Assembly (NCBI GenBank): GCA_030704615.1
Contig: CM060733.1
Location: 31,558,001 to 31,622,000, forward strand
Source: Takakia lepidozioides
Lineage: Eukaryota > Plantae > Bryophyta
DNA: 64,000 bases
Reading direction: 5' to 3'
Of the stretch, positions 13,040 to 25,675 are shown piece after piece. Position numbers and translations under genes: made by a program. A model generated the notes under the pieces. The model saw only the letters and a list, made by a program, of their open reading frames with translations, was not told where the DNA came from and searched no databases. Every line of letters begins with the position of its first letter. Positions within the stretch are counted from its first letter, which is position 1.

Positions 13040-13905
13040 CGACTTCCGTCTTGTAGCGCAAACGACTTGGTCAATGGCTGACGACCGAAGCTCGTTCTGA
13101 TAATATCGACTGCGAAGCGGCAACTTCCTCTCTTCCGGGACAACCTCCATAACCCTTGGAATGTACACATTTGGAACAAATATACACTGGCGTACCACTT
13201 CGTCAAGGATACCCCATTCCCCCTCAGCCATCGGGAACACGAATTCAAATGAATGACTGCTGACTCAAAATTCTTCGACGTAAAAAATGGGTCATTGTCC
13301 AAAGGAAGATAAAAGCTCGTCTCCATGTGGAATTACCTTTTGGTTGAAAGAATGTAGGCAGTGAGATGTTGTGTACCTACAGGATCTGTGATGATGCAAA
13401 AAACATTTGTCGTGATCTTTCTGGACTGAAAGGCGTTGAAGAAGTTGGCGAACTCGTTTTCTGTCCAAGGTACCACCTTGTTGGGATGGTCGTTGAGTGT
13501 ACTGAGCATCACCTAGGCGACAACGTTAAATTCACTCGTTGAGAACAATGCGACCTGACCAATATCCAATGCCTTGTCTTTGCACTCACAAACACTGTAA
13601 TAGTTTGTTAGATCCATTCTCATTGCAGCCTCCTCTTGCAGCCTTTTATAGGCCTGGATCAAATTCAAAAAAGCTGCTGGAGGCTTCTTTTTGGCGCTTG
13701 TAGGCTTTAGTTTCGACAAGAGAGATGTTTCTCCAAGGGCTTCTTTGAATAGCTTGAACTACGCCCCCTTGTCGATGTGGTATTTTTCCTTGATTTCCCT
13801 CCACTCTTTCACTGTTGGCAGTTCATGAAATCGGCAACGATTTCCAGGCAAGAAAATGTAGTTGCAGCCACATACACCCACCCATAGGAATAGGTGGGGT
13901 TTCTA
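13040..13905 (-). pseudogene. Degenerate coding region, possibly a diverged MTase-like cargo gene
   Basis: A long reading frame broken by a few stops and frameshifts. It ends in FVPNVYI..KLPLRSRYYQNELRSSAIDQVVCAT, weakly like VLYNYV..PWRYSRTRSPAFIQTLMETC. Confidence 0.3.
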
Positions 13906-15239
13906 TAATCGTGTTAGATTTCAACACTTCACATGGGAAGTCGGCACAAAATTGGACATGAGCTCGACAAGTGTCTCAGAAATGGCAAGTCGGCACAAAC
14001 TTCTCCATGGCCCCATAATTGTTTAGGGTTTGGGAAGTCGGCACAGACTTCGCTATATCCGTCTAAAGTATCTTAGGAATGGTAAGTCGGCACCGAATTG
14101 TCGATGGCCTTCAGGTGTCATTAAGAAATGGGAAGTCGGCACAGACTTCTCTATATCCTGCACATGTTTACGTGGGATTTGAAGTTTGTACAGAGTTTTT
14201 TTTTTGGGGGGGGGGGGGGGGGTCACAAAACAGCAACGACCGGCATTAGAGAGGGTTCGTTGCGAACTTAGTTCAAGAGTGAGTACTGGACCCGAGGCAT
14301 GCAAAAGTCAACATGCAACAAAAGTCAACATTGCACTTGTAAAATGAAAACTTTTGTTCTAAGAAACTTTTATGATTCATATAATTATGAACTGCGACAA
14401 GTATGCCTGTAGTGCATGCTCAGGTAAGCTGGAAATGTGTTGCCGTACGTTTGTACTGTTGTCACCAAGAAGCTGGGACCTCGATTGGCCTCTCAACAAG
14501 CTCATGACTGACTGGGTGTCGCTAAGTAAAGACAATGGATGCAGTCCGAACCCCCTTGCTGTAGTGGACAATGGTGTCGTGTCCCCCGATATATGCACCA
14601 TAGTAAATAGAGATTTTAGGTGCTGAAACTATGTGCTCATCCTCATAGCTTACGAGAATGTCCCCATAGACGGTTTGTGAGGGAATCCGCGGAGGCCTGT
14701 ACATCAACCCGATGCAATCGTCGTAGGCCCACTAGCTGCAATTCCAACGATATAGGAAGGCCGTGCGGCTTTTGGGGCAGTCCCATGCAGGCAGATACTC
14801 CAGATCGACGATTTGCAGATACCACATCCGCGCAAGGTCACCCCCGCGAGTGAAATCGTGGAAGTCAGGAAGGTACTCAAAAGCTCGCGTATTCACCAGC
14901 CTAGCTGAGACTGATCTATGAAATCTTGCAGGTATACTATGATATCCCCCGATTTGGGTTTGAAGCTCCACGCAGTCTAACCTTGGTAGGGGCAATTGTT
15001 GGGATCCCAACATGCCATCCGAACATGTCGAATAGTGAAGGAGAATAGTCAAGAAGCAGAGTAAGTGGCAGAGAAGCGCAGTTGCAGACTTGCAAGTATG
15101 ATTTGTCGAAGGAATGACAACACTCTCTCATCCCTCTCCGGCTACTTATAACTCAAACAACTCCTAGCATTTCCAACGGACGGGAGAAAAGGGGGGAAAG
15201 TGGACATGTGGTAACCCAAAAATTGGACTTTTAATATCC

Positions 15240-15447
15240 CCGTACCTGGGATATCGGCGGCGCATTTACATTGGTGCGGGGTTGGATGAGACCACGATGG
15301 ATGGGAATTTGTTGCTGAATTCCCATCCATCGCAGTTGGATGAGACCAGCATGGATGGAAATTGACAATCAAATTCCCATCCATCGGGGTTGGACGACAC
15401 CACCATGGATGGAAATGCGGCGCTGAGTTCCATCCATCGGGGTTGGG
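15240..15447. repeat. Degenerate ~54-bp tandem repeat with a GGATGGAAAT..ATTYCCATCC palindromic core
   Basis: There are 3-4 units, related to the palindrome family at 35400-37500. Confidence 0.7.
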
Positions 15448-15539
15448 TGAGGTGGCAATGGTGCGGAGTCTATAACCAAATGGCGTAACTAGGTAAAATA
15501 CTGCCAATTAACTAGCCACGTCGTCGACACGGTGGTGGT

Positions 15540-16290
15540 TGCAAATATATAATATGGCGGTCGCTTTATATTTCGAAATTGTTTAAAAAAAAAAAAAAAA
15601 AAAACGACCATCATGTTGGCGGTCGCTTTATTATTATTATTATTATTTTAAAACGAGAATGACGGTTGCATTGGCGATCGTCTTTTTTTTTTTAAAAGAA
15701 CAAACGACCGTTGTATTGGTGGTCGTTTCATTTTAAGAATACATAAAAAAACAAGTGACCGCCATATGACGGTCATTTGTCTTTCTAAAATAGAAAAAAT
15801 ATAAGCGACATAAGAAAACAAAAGCGACCGTCACATCGGCGGTCGCTTTATATTTCAAAAATAAAAAATAATGGCAACCGCCAGACTTAAATTTTAAAAT
15901 ATAAAAAATAAAAACGACCGCCACACTGGCGGTCACTTAAACCTAAAATAGAAAAAGTAAAAGAGAACACCAGTATGGCAATCGTTCTATTTTTAAAATA
16001 TTAAAAAAAGAAGCGACCTCCATATTTGCGGTTGCGTCATTTTAATAATATAAAAATATAAGCGTCATAATAAAATATAAGCAACCGCAATACCGGCGGT
16101 CGCATTATATTTTGAAATAAAAAATAATAGCGACCGGCATACGGGCGGTCGCTTAAATTTCAAAATATACAAAATAAAAGAGATCGTTGTTTGGCGGTCG
16201 CTTTAATTTAAATACATGAAGAATAAAAGCGACCGCAATATTGGCGGTCGCTTAATTTTAAAATTATAACAAATATGGTTGTACCGCCTT
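15540..16290. repeat. AT-rich array of GCGACCG(N)nCGGTCGC inverted motifs (TE subterminal-type repeats)
   Basis: More than 10 degenerate copies, e.g. GCGACCGCAATATTGGCGGTCGC at ~16229. Confidence 0.75.
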
Positions 16291-17099
16291 TTTCGGGTGG
16301 GCCCTAGTGGTCAGTCATTTTTTCATTTCACTTTCATTTCACTTTTATTCTTCCTGGATCATATATAAAGCACCAGGGTCACCAAGCACCTCATTTCTTT
16401 TTGCACAAATACTTGAGGTTGTTTTGGATGTTCTCTTCCGTGGAATGAGAGTATAGCCCAAGAGGAGGGTGCGCACATTTTGCCGTTGTTGCTTCCATCA
16501 AAGCCACTTCAGCAAATTGTGTATAAGCTCAACACTACAAGATGCATCGATCCACGTGGGTTGGTGTAGAAATGTTGGGCTGTCGCATTGCACTCTACAT
16601 TCACAGGTTCATATATAGGTCATTGTTTTTTGTTGTTTACATCACTAGGGGAGTGGATATTGAGTGAAGATGAGGGATGTATGGAGCCCAAAGCCGACAT
16701 AACTAAGAGTCACTTTGCCTTGCGGCTACTATTCATTTTCAAGGGTGGGCCCTATGGAGTCTCAATACAAATATACCATAGAATGAACGACACATGTCCA
16801 TCGCCATTGTGACACCCCTATATTAGTTCTAAAATATATATAATTTGAGCATATATTCAGAATCCTATTTTTATTTAAATATGGTATCCATAAATAAGAA
16901 GACCCAATTTTGTTTCTAAAAATATTGTAAAATTTATCTTCAAAAAATATATGTTACCCTATATTTTTTTGTACGCCGTTTGAAAAAAAAATGGAAGTGA
17001 CTTCCCCGAGACTTCTTCAATAAAGTAATCAAAGGTCGACTGGATATAGACATCGTCCTCTGTGAAGTAAACGAATCATATGCTTTGTCGAGAGCATCA

Positions 17100-17420
17100 T
17101 CAGCTTCGCTATCGGAGGCAGATGAGTCCCTCCGAGATGAGTCCCTCTGAGACTCAGTATCGTCACTCATCGAATCTGCCTCAGAAGCAGAGTATTCGGA
17201 ATGCAAGTTTTCATACCATGCTGTAGCATCATGCGCTGCCCTGTCACGTAGCAGTCGACAATTGGTATACATATATACCAATTTGTCAGCCCTCGCGGGG
17301 TTGAACTTGTTGCGAATCTTGTTGTGAACAAATGAGTAACTGCTCCAATTGCGTTCACAAGATGAGGCAGAGCACACTTGGGCAAGAATACGCCTTTGTA
17401 GACACTAGCAACGAGAAGAA
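17100..17420 (-). pseudogene. hAT transposase C-terminal (catalytic E/dimerisation) fragment
   Basis: VCSASSCERNWSSYSFVHNKIRNKFNPARADKLVYMYTN. Confidence 0.9.
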
Positions 17421-17448
17421 AGATAATTGACGTTATCAATGTCAGCTG

Positions 17449-19417
17449 TTGACAGACTTAATTGAACAAGTCGGAAGTGACAATATCGGAATCGTGCAAA
17501 TATGCACAGACAATGCCCCTAACATGAGAAACACTACAGACATGTTTTTGGCACGATATCCCCATATGTACTATTGTGGTGTGAAAAGATGGTCTTACAC
17601 AAAAGCCCTAGTTATTAACCCTTACCTACATCCCACGTTCACACCTGATACCTGCTGCTCTACAGCGGAAGAGAAAAGGAAACAGACACGGAGGTCATAT
17701 TCTACCATACCTCTCAATTTCCCACATACATAGCCGACACCTTCTGCCCTACAACGGAAGAAAAAATGAAACAGGCGCGGTCACCTCAGATCGAGGAGAG
17801 ATAATTGCATATGTCAGGGGCGTGTCCTTAGTGCAACGGATTTATCACAGCAGGGTGATATGGCTATGGGGTGTCATCATATACTAGCATACAATATTCT
17901 CTTTCTCATTATAAGGCCATAAGATGCGTTCAGCCTCTATCACCTTAGTCTTCATCTCTCTCATCCTCTCTCTCTCATCCTCTTATGCTTCCCTCATTTG
18001 CCTTGCCTTCCAAGTAAGTTCAGCAGGAGCTGGACCAGCACCCTAACGTCACACATCAGCCGATCGCATACCCAAGAACGTCATGGAATCCAGAAGAACA
18101 CCTTCTGTCCAAGAGAATAACCACTTCCCATCACCAGGAGCTCTAAGAGATGAGCTTACAAGCATTCACTACATCATGCAACTACAGTAAATAAGACACA
18201 TCAAGAATTGCCTAAATGTATATGCATTGAAAACTCAAAAGTAGATAATGAAATGCCCACTGCTATCTGCAGTGAATACAATCCAAGTCCAACCATCATC
18301 TTCCTCCTCTTCTCAGATGTGGACAGAATCTGTCATCCTACCTCTTCACATTCTCTCATGCATCATCCTAAGGCTTTAACGTCCATATTACAGCTCTCTC
18401 ATATGCCCAGAAATAGAATAGAAAGGAAAAAAATGTTTCATCTAGTACATCCGAATCACTCCTCCTCTACTATCGTCATCTTCATGATTACCCACAACTC
18501 TCACTCTCTCTCTTCCGTCTCTACTTTCCAAGGAAAGTTGAGTGGCATTACAAAAGCTACAATCCGGTGCCACCATTTCCTGTCTATCCTTGGAGCCTTA
18601 TCACGCTCATAATTCCTCGCCGCCATCGTCTGTTGCTGATTGCTCCCATCCCAGCTCAGCTGATTTCCCCCAGACACCATTGTTGACACAAAACAGGATG
18701 CAGCCCCCCAGGCTGTAAATGCTACCGTCGAATATAAAGAAAACACCGAAACACTTCTTCAAAACCCTTAAGCGCACATACCTCGTGCTTGAAGCCCGTT
18801 GTGATGACTCTCCCTCTCGCGCAGTCTATGTCTATGCTAGAAGCTCTAGACTAATAGCCCGAACGTCGTTTGAAGGAGTGGAATCCATCCACATGAATTC
18901 TCATCCAAAAAGTTACGTTGGATGACAAACCGCGATTTCATCTGAGAAAATCAACAATAGATTTCATCAAGGGACTTAACTAAAAATTCACCCAGGCTAC
19001 TTAGCCACTAAGTACCAAGAAAAAAAAATTGAAAAACAGGGCACAAGAATTTGCACCACACTATCAAGGCTGTGCTGCTCACATCCTTGACCTCCTTTTG
19101 GAAGATTGGGGAAAAGAACAGTGGGTGAAACAACTTGTCAAGTGAGCGAAGACCGTTGTGTCGTTCATCCGTACACACCACATCCCTTTGGCAATATACA
19201 GGAGGTAGGAACCAAAATACAGCCTCTGGAATCCAGACGAAACTCGTTTTGTCACTAACTTCTTGCTGGTGGGTCGGTTGGTGACGGTGAAAAGCAGTTT
19301 TGAACACACCATCATCGACCTTCAATGGGATGCGTACACACGGACGTTGCAGGACTTGAGAAAAGCCGAGTCATTGGGCAAAAGTCGAAAGGTTTGGAAC
19401 ACCATTCGCAACGCAAG
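17449..19417 (+). pseudogene. hAT transposase core fragment (17449-17574 + 19061-19417), split by a solo LTR
   Basis: IVQICTDNAPNM..YPHMYY|QGCAAHILDLLLEDWGK..ETRFVTNFL. The reading frame is restored exactly when the insertion and one TSD copy are removed. Confidence 0.88.
17575..19060. mobile_element. Solo LTR (~1.49 kb) with a 4-bp TSD, CTAT
   Basis: TGTGGTG...CACCACA form perfect 7-bp terminal inverted repeats, with CTAT on both sides. Confidence 0.8.
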
Positions 19418-19502
19418 TGTCGTGCGCATACGTATCGCTACACAACTACATCGCTGTCCAAACTACACCACACATATATGCACAATAAAGTAGTTTGCCA
19501 CA
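19418..19502 (-). repeat. 85-bp TG..CA direct repeat (copy of the short LTR at 19857-19941)
   Basis: TGTCGTGCGCATACG...AGTAGTTTGCCACA, nearly identical to 19857-19941. Confidence 0.75.
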
Positions 19503-19856
19503 ATGATTGGAAACTAGATTCACACTATTGACACAGAAACACTCAATACAACACAATCACTCATTAAAACTACGAGTCAAGCCAGGGGCACCCCAAGCTA
19601 TGGGGACTCCACCCCACAACATCCTATTCTCCCACCATAAACACACTTAGATTCTAAGCAGTGAAGGAGCTCGGTCGTGCAGGCTCAACTCGAGAGAAAT
19701 GAGCCGCACGACTGACGCTCTCGTGAAAATAAGATGGTTCAGGTGTCAAGCTAAACTTGACACCTGACTTAACACTTGAACTAAATCCAAGTGTTAAATA
19801 CAAATAACTATATTTATTTTAGTTAGTTTCACACTGTGTTTATTTAACTTGATAGT

Positions 19857-19941
19857 TGTCGTGCGCATACGTATTGCTACACAACTACATCGCTGTCCAA
19901 ACTACACCACACATATATACACAATAAAGTAGTCTGCCACA
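19857..19941 (-). mobile_element. Putative very short (85-bp) 3' LTR of the PHD-integrase Ty3 element
   Basis: On the minus strand a G-tract (from CGCCCCCCT at 19944-19952) precedes TGTGGCAG...GCACGACA, downstream of the integrase-PHD stop codon. Confidence 0.6.
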
Positions 19942-20202
19942 ATCGCCCCCCTAGCTGGTGGTTAGGTCCCTGTAACTCCAGATAGCTACAAGATGTAATA
20001 GCCACAGCCATACTAAGTCCTCTATCACTGTCTCTATTGTACTCAAACTCTATAGACCAAGAGGCCGGGTACAAGAGCAGCCCCATCGTTAGTCGCCGTC
20101 TTGCAATCTGTGAACTTGAGCCAGAATCTCGTGTGTTGGTCGGTCTCCTAGTAGCTTGGCCTTGCATTTCTTGTTAGCCTTCCATGGTTGTATCCACTCC
20201 CA

Positions 20203-20710
20203 CTATCCAATGCAATGCGGACATAACCAATCCCCATCAGGAACAATCTCAAGAGGTGGAGTCAAGCATCCCATATGCCATCCTCTAGAGCATTGATCAC
20301 ACACCAGCATGGTGGCTGCCCCTCTAGCAGACCCACATAACATGCACCTCAAACTTGCAGGTACCACTGCCAGGTTTGGGTCAATCCTGCCATCGACATT
20401 CGGAAGGTGACATGGCGCACAATTACGCACATGGTCCTTCCAAGTCATGCCATCCCGACCCTCCAAGATCAAGACGCCTGAGGGCAATACCTCTCGAATC
20501 CTTAAAATAACACGTCCTGCAGTCACATCCAGGGTCGTTGGAGCAGTTTGCTGCAGATAAACATAGTCACCAGGGTGAAATCTCCGAACCCCAGGACGAT
20601 AGCCCCCACCACGTATGGTAGCATACCTCAACGTATCACGATGTTGTGCAATGGCAAGATTCTCGAAAGCCATAGGCATGACTTTCTTAAACAACTCCGC
20701 GCGAGCCTTT
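20203..20710 (-). pseudogene. Ty3/gypsy integrase C-terminus with a PHD finger
   Basis: AFENLAIAQHRDTLRY..RFHPGDYVYL (integrase C-terminal module) is followed by CMLC..MLVCDQCSRGWHMGCL..VPDGDWLCPHC (C4HC3). Confidence 0.92.
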
Positions 20711-20711
20711 G

Positions 20712-21306
20712 TGATTAGCAAACCTTTGTGAGCGAGCACCTTTCTGACGTTGAGAGTCTCGTGAAGGACTCTGTGTACGAGCCCGAGGTCTGTCACTGGT
20801 TGACGGAGATGATTGAACACTACCTGGATATGTAAGGCCCTCTGGAGGCTGATATCGAGGTAATCTTTCAGGCATAGGAGACCCCCGTTGCTTCTTCTCT
20901 GCCATCTGAATTGCATAGTCTTCTCCCATGTCAAAAGAGTCCGCTGAAGAAACAGTTGTATCAGAATCCTCATCGCCTCTCAGGTGTTTTAACTGCCTAA
21001 CTTTTTGTGGAATCCTCTGGCGCATACAATGTTGTCCTACCATGTCTGGAAGTTTAAACTTTAAAACTTGATGTAAACGTTGAATGGTAAAATTGGTGAA
21101 GACCCTGAGCTCCTTGTCTGTCCAGGTGAGTGGGGTACCAATGACTTGTGAATTGTGCAAGTATTTCCATGCCTCATGTCCCTTAAAGAAAATATCGTCA
21201 GGGCCGAATTTTTGTGTTGACAAATTGTTCCAGGCCGCATGAAACCATGAACGAATTTGGGAATCCTTTTGCATCATAACTTTTGCCTCATATAGGTACA
21301 TATGAC
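20712..21306 (-). pseudogene. Fragment of the family-1 3' extra ORF C-terminus
   Basis: HMYLYEAKVMMQKDSQIRSW... is near-identical to 58459-59050. Confidence 0.9.
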
Positions 21307-21940
21307 CGCCAAGGCTGTTCGCCATCATATTTTTTTGGGTTGAAATTTTTTGGATGAATTTCTTTGGGGTTTTTGGTTTTTCCATGAATTGTCATGTGCC
21401 AACTTGTACTGGGAATTAAGATGTCGTTGACGACACCTTAATCCCTAGCACCTACACACACACCGCCTTACCGCCAAGGCTGTTCGCCATCAGATTTTTT
21501 TGGGTTGAAATTTTTTGGGTGAAGTTTTTTGGGGTTTTTAGTTTTTCCATGAATTGTCATGCGCCAACTCGTACTGGGAATTAAGATGTCGTTGACGACA
21601 CCTTAATCTGCCACATTCGAGGGAAATTATATTATTTAAAAATAAAAACAAAAACAAAATAAAAACAAAATAAAAAACGGCTGTTTTTTTTTGGGAAAAC
21701 TTGCTGGGAACTAAGATGTCGTTGACGACACCTTAATCACCACCACCTGCACACACACCGCTTTACCGCCAAGGCTTCTTCGCCTTGAAAGTTTTTTGGG
21801 TTGAAATTTTTTTGGTTACTGTTTTTGGGAAAAAAAATTCGGGGATTTCGGTTTTTTTCCGTAAGCTGTCATGTGCCAACTCGTATTGGGAATTAAGATG
21901 TCGTTGACGATACCTTAATCCCGAGCATCTGCACACGCAC
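21307..21940. repeat. Reverse-oriented copies of the ~150-bp hairpin repeat seen at 2261-2690
   Basis: GAATTAAGATGTCGTTGACGACACCTTAATC occurs at ~21413, 21578, 21710 and 21890. Confidence 0.88.
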
Positions 21941-24900
21941 CATGGTTCATTCATGTCGCTCATTTTTCATCCAAAAGTCATCCAACATTCATCCATTCAT
22001 TTTTTCATTCATCTCAAAACCATTCATCCGGCAGCTTTTCATCGCATATTCGTACCATATGGTCGTCACCCAGCAAGGATTCTTCTGTCGGATGAGGTGG
22101 AGATTGCGTCTGTGCAGTGTAGTTTTTGTCCACGGGAATAAGCTATCTTCTTCCATTGGTTGTAGGCTCCTATTCACTAATCTGCTCACGCTTGCAATCT
22201 GCTAACGCTTAAGGGATTCTGCTCACGTTTACCACTTAAAGCGTGAGCGTGCTCACGTGAACTGCTCACATGGTAACTACCCTCCTCTGGGTCAGTGCTC
22301 CTAGAAGCGACCTCTTCTGGATCCTGTAAATCAACTTACCTCTCACATTTGAGAATTCGGATGAGCGAGACTCTCTATTGATGCAGATTAAACAGAGGTT
22401 GAGCAGACATAAGCCCCCAAGAGGGAGCTATTTTTATAAACAGAAACAGTTTTGGATAATGAAGAAGAAGCTAAAATAGAAAAACAAGGTACAGAAGATG
22501 CACTAGTAGATGACCCAACTACAAATAACAGAAGAGCAGATCTCCTCAAAAACACCTTAAATCAGCTGAGATGGTCGTTTCTATCTTTCTACTCTCAATC
22601 CTATCACTCCCCAGAGCGGCAGGGCTTCGCCGAAATGAGAGAGAATGAGGGAGGATGCACTGGTTTTTATAGTGGTGGTTTTGGATGGTGAGGACACGTG
22701 TAGAGAATCATATATCCATATGCATTCCTCTCTGCACGGATGGATATAATCATAAAATACACAACCTGATTAACATGTAGACGGGCTGCTCATCCAATGC
22801 TTAGCCCTAGATGATAGGACGGGGGGTCTCCCGTACTCCTGCACTTGTCTGCTGCTCATCCAATCATTAGCCCTACATGTAGGCACGGGGGGTCTCTAAC
22901 TAATAAAGGGAGTAGTGGACCGTTTACCACTATGGCTCACGACCACTACAATGAGACACTTTTTTAGCAAACCCTTTAGGTTGCGTAGGCAGTTAGGCAA
23001 ACGGTCATTAACGACTGCAGGCTGTAACGACTCTTTGGAGCATAGTATAAAAAGACTGCACACAACTTAAGGTATCAGTGATCAGTGTGTATTCAGTGTG
23101 TACTTCTGTGATGATGCGAGGAACTCTGAAGTAAAGCCATGCTATTCGAAGTATCTCTGTGTAGAGTGAACGTGAGATGGAGAGAATGTGCATTATGAGA
23201 GAACGTAAGATGGTGAGAATGTGTATCATCTCAGAATAATTCTTGTTTTGTCTTGACTACCATCTCGTTGTATGAACAAAGAGGCTTCAGTCTTTTCGAC
23301 TCAGATCTTTTATGCCAAAGAGACTGTAGGTTGGGCTTAATCAATAGGATTAAGCAACCTGTAGGGATATTGATTCATACAACGTTCATGGTGTAGTTGT
23401 CCTTACAACAATTACTTTGTAATCGTTTCTGAAAGCATACCGTCGGACAACCTATGTTGCATGTGTTGGGAAATGGGCAGTAGTGCTGATAGCCTGTTTC
23501 GTCTAAGTCATAAACCAATGGTTAACAGTGCGTGGCAAGAGATCTGAGGCGGCATGTGGGGTGGCCACCATGCGCCGCCATGTACTACCGGAGGACCACG
23601 GAGGACGGCTAGACGGACTAGTCGAGAAGACAGGGCGTCATTGGGGCAGGTTGGGCGCGCAATGGTTGCAGGGCATGGATTGGGTGCGAAGGGCGTAAAG
23701 TACACGGCGGGCACGGCAGGTGAGAGGGTGAGAGGCGAGAGCTGCACGAGAAGGCTCTAAAATGCTTGGAAGTACAAAATGATGACACCATTGCATGCCC
23801 GCCGCATGGCTAAGCAGGTGCGTGGCGCCATGGGCTCATCATGGCGCAAGGGTCATGGATGGCCACCGCATTTTGCTGGCTGAGAGGGTATAAAAGGCCT
23901 TCAGTTCGTGTGAAGACCCTCAGTTCCCCCTCCACACTACGCGGAATCCCTGCCTGCAAATTTCTGTTAGGTGTGAAGGAGCGAAGGAAAAGTGGCATTC
24001 CAGGAGAGGTGGTGGGCTCTGAGAGAAGCTGAGAGGAAAGGAGAGGCAGTGAGACTGAGTGCAAGTGCTGATCAGTGTTGGGTGTTGAGGAGAAGGTGGG
24101 TGTAGGCTGTTTAGTTTGCAGAGCAGGGCTCCGTTCAGAGGGTTGAGGGCTCAGTGCGCATGGTCGAGGGCTCAACAAGGTTGAGGGCTGTAGTGGGGCA
24201 GAGGCGTTGTCACAGAGAGACAATCGAAATGGCTTCAGGCTCAAGGTAATTATTCCATTCTGCTTCTCACAAAAAGTTAAAAAGCTCTAACGCCACTGCA
24301 ATGCAATGCAATAGAAACACTGTTCCAATCTTCCTTTCATCTAAAAAAACGCTCTAACACCGCTCCAATCTATTGAACGGTAGAGAGGTCAAGAAGCATA
24401 TTTCCATTTGGCGTATTTTTTATTTGTTTATTTATTTATTGTTTAAGCAGGAAAGTGAAGAAACATAGGAGGCCTCCTGTGCTATTCACCGATGAACTTT
24501 TTGGAAATTTAAGATGTAGGGAAGTCTGCTAGTTCATCATTTGTAAAGGTTTGCGTCTTTTAAGTTGGGGGATGTGGCTGGAATGTGACTCTTCTGTCAG
24601 GATGACTGGAATGCTGGTCGTTTTTGGTTGTGGAAAACATCCAACCTATGGCAGAGAGGGGGTTTCTCAACCGCTCTTTTCCAACTCAAGAGAGGCTGTA
24701 AATTAGCCAGATGAAGGGTAGGATGAAGAAGCATAGGAGGCCTCCCATGCTCTTCACCAAGGAAAATGCCGGGAAAATTATCAGTTGTGGAGATGTCTGC
24801 TCGTTCCTAGTCTGGGTGAAAATGGTATGTCTAAAAATTGGGGGATGTGGCTTGAATGGAGACTTTATCTGGATTACATTGAGGAAGTTACAATTATTGT

Positions 24901-24969
24901 ACGTGCTCAGTCCATGATCCTCCAATGAGAACGGGGATGTGGTTAATTCCACAATACCCTTTTCCCTTG

Positions 24970-25295
24970 GTACCACTGCAGCTCCCAGGATGCGTCAGAA
25001 GAGTCTTTAGGATGCGCACCAGAGTCCCTATACCAATCGATCTCACAAGGATACGGACCCGCGTCTCTGGCTTGTGTTGAATCCACAGCTCTGTCTCCTG
25101 GGTACGCACCGGAGTCTCCAGATTACTATTGGGAGTATGTGGAGCCTGGTTCACCTGAATACAAGCCATCTCCTGAATACACACCAGGATCCCCTATGTA
25201 CTCACTCCAATCCCCTACATACGTTCCTGGTTTGTCTGGCTACTCACCCCAATACCACACTTATGTCCCTGGTTCACCTGGTTACTCAGGGTCCG
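24970..25295 (+). other. Degenerate coding tract with YxPxSP heptad repeats (RNA Pol II CTD-like)
   Basis: YAPESPD..EPGSPE YKPSPE YTPGSPM YSLQSPT YVPGLSG YSPQYHT YVPGSPG Y. Confidence 0.5.
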
Positions 25296-25675
25296 TATTT
25301 TTCATGAGCGATGAGCAGTGGCTCATGAGCCATGAGCAGAACAAACCGAACCAGAAATGAAGCAATCTTGAAGCAAGGTTGCAGGTTCGGTTTGGGATTG
25401 GGTGCAGGAACAAACGGAGAAGTGTAGACAAATTAAGTTTTTTTTGATATTTTGCGCTGTTATAGACACTGTATCGTTTATTTCCGAGCGACCTTTGCAA
25501 TGCATTTGACATGTGCAGATCTATGTTTACTGAACAATTGGACGGATGGCAAGCTGTTTGTGCCAAAGATTGAGGACTATTGCAGCCTCCCTGCGAATAG
25601 ATGTAGGCAAGTCTGGCTCTCGGCCAAAGAGAAGGAAATAAGGTGAGAACGAGGCAAGTGATGCTTGCTTGCTAA

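Larger units (their letters stand above)
11840..14160. repeat. Dispersed GAAGTCGGCAC/GTGCCGACTT repeat tracts (11840-12200, 12960-13050, 13930-14160) of the second MULE family
   Basis: The motif recurs many times in both orientations, flanking a MITE and a degenerate ORF. Confidence 0.6.

Noticed and set aside
14380-15130. Degenerate minus-strand ORF next to palindromic repeats
   Set aside because: Stops in all frames and no recognisable domain.
20203-20973. 256-aa ORF taken as one protein
   Set aside because: Chimeric read-through across a junction (~20711) between two unrelated retrotransposon fragments.
22300-24250. Possible additional LTR or promoter (TATAAAAGG at ~23889)
   Set aside because: Could not define TG..CA termini, a TSD, a PBS or a second copy.
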